From Candidatus Saccharimonadota bacterium (GTDB lineage Bacteria > Patescibacteriota > Saccharimonadia > Saccharimonadales > UBA4665), in the NCBI GenBank assembly GCA_027450065.1, contig DAIDKK010000001.1, forward strand, positions 13,438 to 77,437: a stretch of DNA of 64,000 nt. Direction: 5' to 3'. The notes under the pieces were generated by a model. It had not been told where the DNA came from, ran no database searches, and saw nothing but the letters and a program-made list of their open reading frames with translations. Shown in pieces: positions 61,241-64,000 of this stretch. Within the stretch, counting starts at the first letter, position 1; each line of letters opens with the position of its first letter. The position numbers and the translations under genes were made by a program.

Positions 61241-61528
61241 ATGCTAGATGTATTCATCACTTCCAGAGTTCGCCGTAAGATAATCGTGATTTATGCGAAA
61301 TACCCTGATTTTAAAACGCATGTACGAGGCCTCGCCAAGCTTATTAAAGAAGATGCCGGTAATATTCAGCGAGAGCTCAAGCGACTTGAAAAAGCGGGCT
61401 TTCTTATCTCCGAAAAGCAGGGAAATACGAAAATCTACCACACAAATAAGCAGTTCGTCATCTTTAAGGAACTGCAGAGTATCGTACTAAAGAGCCAGCG
61501 TACACAGCAGAAGCGCCACATTTCGTAG
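61241..61528 (+). CDS. Small winged-helix transcriptional regulator
   Basis: 95 aa, RVRRKIIVIYAKYPDFKTHVRGLAKLIKEDAGNIQRELKRLEKAGFL. Confidence 0.6.
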   Translation: MLDVFITSRVRRKIIVIYAKYPDFKTHVRGLAKLIKEDAGNIQRELKRLEKAGFLISEKQGNTKIYHTNKQFVIFKELQSIVLKSQRTQQKRHIS

Positions 61529-61596
61529 ATTTCCATGGTTTTTTATTGTGTCTACCCCTTGTCTCACGTATCTTAACCTGGTATACTCTCCGAAGT

Positions 61597-61812
61597 ATGA
61601 TAGAAGTTACCCGCAAAGATAGTAAAGAATCTGCCGAAAACCTTGTTCGTCGGTTTAATCGCCGCGTTCAACAGTCAGGTCTTGTGCTGACCGTGAAGCA
61701 AGGTCAGTATTTCGAAAAACCCTTGAGTAAGCGCGAGCGTCGCCTGAAGGCGATTGTTCGCAATCAGCGCAAGGCACTAAAACTCAAGCGCATTAAACTC
61801 GGCCAGCGCTAG
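61597..61812 (+). CDS. rpsU: 30S ribosomal protein S21
   Basis: MIEVTRKDSKESAENLVRRFNRRVQQSG. The TGGTATACT -10-like element just upstream suggests a very short leader. Confidence 0.85.
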   Translation: MIEVTRKDSKESAENLVRRFNRRVQQSGLVLTVKQGQYFEKPLSKRERRLKAIVRNQRKALKLKRIKLGQR

Positions 61813-61827
61813 TTTCCACTGCAATCG

Positions 61828-62277
61828 ATGATAAAACAGCAGCTTCAAGATGATGTAAAGGCCGCTATGCTCAGCGGTGATTCGGCGCGCGTTGAAACGC
61901 TCCGGGGGCTTAAGAGTGTGATTCTATATGCTGAGGTGGCGGCTGGTAAGCGTGAAGAGGGCTTGGGCGACGAAGAAATCCAAGTTCTATTTGCTAAAGA
62001 GGCCAAGAAGCGCCAGGAGAGTGCAGATTTATATGTACAAGGGGGTGCCCCTGATAGAGCGCAAAAAGAGCTTTCCGAAAAAGCTATTATTGAAACGTAC
62101 CTCCCGGTGCAGCTAAGTGAGGCCGAAATTCTGGCCATAATCGAAGACGTCATAGCGACACAAGGCGCAACTGGTCTGCAGGCAATAGGGAGTGTCATTG
62201 GTGCTGTTAAGCAGCGTACGGGTAGTACTGCTGACGGAAGTGTCATTGCAAGATTAGCAAAGGAGAAGTTACGGTGA
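61828..62277 (+). CDS. GatB/YqeY domain protein
   Basis: MIKQQLQDDVKAAMLSGDSARVETLRGLKSVI, typical of the YqeY family. Confidence 0.8.
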   Translation: MIKQQLQDDVKAAMLSGDSARVETLRGLKSVILYAEVAAGKREEGLGDEEIQVLFAKEAKKRQESADLYVQGGAPDRAQKELSEKAIIETYLPVQLSEAEILAIIEDVIATQGATGLQAIGSVIGAVKQRTGSTADGSVIARLAKEKLR

Positions 62278-62807
62278 TACTACTGATGGGGCCGGCTGGG
62301 GCAGGCAAAAGTATGCAAGGTCACAAGCTCGCGGACGAATATGGCTATGCCTATATTTCTACTGGTGAAGTCTTCCGTTTACTAATCACAGGGCATCGCC
62401 GCGCAGAAATGCTCGAGGGCAAATTACTGAGCGACGCCGAAACGATTCATGTACTCGACAAAGTACTCGATATTATTGATACCAAGGAGCAGTTTATCCT
62501 TGATGGTTTTCCACGGACTGCGAATCAGGTTACCTGGATGCTAGGCGAAATTGCAGCCGGTCGTTTTGAAAAGCCAATCGTTGTTCATTTGAATATCGAT
62601 GAAAATGAAATTCGAGCACGACTCAGCAAGCGCGGTCGTATTGATGATACGGACGAGGCCATCACCCAGCGGTATCAAGTGTACCAGGAGCAAACACAGC
62701 CAATTTTGCAGCAGATGGCTAAAGCGGGTATCGTGATACACGAATTAAGCGCTGTTGGCACGCCACTCGAAATCCATAAAAGTATAGTCACTGCTCTAGG
62801 TATCTAG
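62274..62807 (+). CDS. adk: Adenylate kinase (short, no zinc lid)
   Basis: P-loop GPAGAGKSMQG and DGFPRT motif, 177 aa. Confidence 0.8.
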   Translation: MILLMGPAGAGKSMQGHKLADEYGYAYISTGEVFRLLITGHRRAEMLEGKLLSDAETIHVLDKVLDIIDTKEQFILDGFPRTANQVTWMLGEIAAGRFEKPIVVHLNIDENEIRARLSKRGRIDDTDEAITQRYQVYQEQTQPILQQMAKAGIVIHELSAVGTPLEIHKSIVTALGI

Positions 62808-62809
62808 GT

Positions 62810-63556
62810 ATGACACCGAAAACAAATCAAGAAATAGGTGCGATGAGGAAGAGCGGGTTTATCCTCGCGAGTGTCCTTGAAAAAATTCGCCGTGAAGTTA
62901 TGGTAGGCATGACCCCCAAAGAGGTATCAGTACTGGCGGCCGCGGAAACTGCACGTCTCGGAGGCAAGCCTGCATTTAAGGGCTTCGAAGGCTACCCAGA
63001 TATTATTTGTATATCCAATAATAACGAGGTGCAGCATAGTATCCCGAACGAGATAGCCTTTAAAAACGGCGATATCGTTAACTTTGACTACGGCATTTCA
63101 TACGAGGGTATGATAACTGATGCAGGCATCACAGTATGTATTGGCGGTAGCCCCGATAAAGCAGCAGCTCGTTTACTGAAAGGTACCGAGGAGGCTCTGT
63201 ATGCAGGAATCGATGTTGTGCGTGAGGGGACTCGAATCGGAGACATTTCGGCAGCAATCGAACGAGTGCTGCATGCCTATGATCTCGGTATCGTCCGTGA
63301 ACTAGTTGGCCATGGGGTTGGTCACGAACTGCATGAAGCACCAGAGATTCCTAACTATGGTCGTGCTGGCACGGGCCCAGTGCTAAAGGCCGGTATGACC
63401 ATTGCCATCGAACCAATTACCACACTCGGTAGTCATAAAATATTTAGTGCTCATGACGGCTGGGCACTTTTAACAGTTGATGGAAGCCGATCAGCTCAAT
63501 TTGAACACACATTGCTTGTCACTAAAGACGGCTGCGAAATATTGACACAACTGTAG
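62810..63556 (+). CDS. map: Methionine aminopeptidase type I
   Basis: Pita-bread fold metal ligands (D..D, HGVGH.LHE, E) and FEHTLLVT. Confidence 0.9.
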   Translation: MTPKTNQEIGAMRKSGFILASVLEKIRREVMVGMTPKEVSVLAAAETARLGGKPAFKGFEGYPDIICISNNNEVQHSIPNEIAFKNGDIVNFDYGISYEGMITDAGITVCIGGSPDKAAARLLKGTEEALYAGIDVVREGTRIGDISAAIERVLHAYDLGIVRELVGHGVGHELHEAPEIPNYGRAGTGPVLKAGMTIAIEPITTLGSHKIFSAHDGWALLTVDGSRSAQFEHTLLVTKDGCEILTQL

Positions 63557-63600
63557 ATAGCTTGCCATAGCGAAACAATAAGCGGTATACTGGGGTCACT

Positions 63601-64000
63601 ATGCGCGACGGCTCTGCGACTTTTCATTACGTTGGACTCGATATTGGTACCTCACATGTACGTTGTGTGATTGGTGTGCGAGATCAAAACGCTGAAGACC
63701 CGAATGCAATTTCAATTATTGGGCACGGCATGAGCGCTAATCAAGGATTACGCAAAGGGGTGGTGATGCACGTCGATGATTCAGTCGATGCGGTCGTGAA
63801 TGCCATCACGGAAGCTGAACGTATTTCGGGCGTGCGTATCGAACATGCAACGGTCAATGTAAATGGCGTGCATGTAACTGGTATGAATTCGAGGGGTACG
63901 ATTGCGATAAGCAGTCCAAACCGAGAAATTACTGCCGAAGATAGAGATAGGGTTGAAGAGGCTGCGGCAATCGTGAAGCTTCCAGCTAATCGTGAAATTC
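63601..64000 (+). CDS. ftsA: Cell division protein FtsA, 3'-truncated by the window edge
   Basis: My own translation from the ATG at 63601: MRDGSATFHYVGLDIGTSHVRCVIG...GLRKGVV..D...V..I..AE. The frame is open to the end of the window. Not in the ORF track because no stop is reached. Confidence 0.8.
   Translation, partial: MRDGSATFHYVGLDIGTSHVRCVIGVRDQNAEDPNAISIIGHGMSANQGLRKGVVMHVDDSVDAVVNAITEAERISGVRIEHATVNVNGVHVTGMNSRGTIAISSPNREITAEDRDRVEEAAAIVKLPANREI

Overview
This 64-kb window looks like a streamlined Candidatus Saccharibacteria (TM7, CPR/Patescibacteria) chromosome. The 16S carries the TM7-type sequence TAAAACATAAAGGAATTGACGG at 43337-43358, which I recall as the TM7-905 probe target. 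Standard genetic code applies: TGA is used as a stop, for example in ATGA gene overlaps.

Gene content, in order:
- A 5'-truncated secreted repeat protein.
- A complete secretin-less type IV pilus locus: pilM, pilN, a pilO-like gene, a small TM gene, pilB, pilT, pilC, a major pilin, pilD and 4 minor pilin-like genes.
- A Xer-type recombinase, ndk, a parvulin PPIase, mscL, a GT2 glycosyltransferase and nrdR.
- A 1.4-kb non-coding stretch around tRNA-Val.
- A T-box-controlled thrS, miaA, L28, a fused PCD-RNase HI gene and RNase P RNA.
- infC-rpmI-rplT, comM/yifB, and an orphan soluble T4SS-coupling-protein-like ATPase behind a structured leader.
- gyrB-gyrA.
- An atypical rRNA region: 16S, then a dockerin-S53 protease, then a cohesin-like anchor protein, then tRNA-Ala, tRNA-Ile, 23S and 5S.
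- A KGG stress protein, an HEXXH protease, a ROK glucokinase, rpsA, infB, fmt-def-priA, rpsU, yqeY, adk, map and the start of ftsA.

Nine tRNAs, rnpB and a candidate SRP RNA are present. No CRISPR array, transposase or prophage was seen.

The most unusual signals are RNA-level:
1. The rRNA genes are split into three self-contained units, with a cohesin/dockerin gene pair between 16S and 23S.
2. There are large expansion segments in 16S helix 6 and at several 23S sites.
3. A paralogous ~110-nt leader sits directly upstream of tRNA-Gly and tRNA-Pro.
4. tRNA 3'-end fragments are stacked downstream of tRNA-Val, tRNA-Asp and tRNA-Ala, and terminator stems engulf the encoded CCA.
5. There are several promoter-to-terminator units and structured leaders with no recognisable family.

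All calls come from reading the sequence and ORF translations by eye. No database search or folding program was run.
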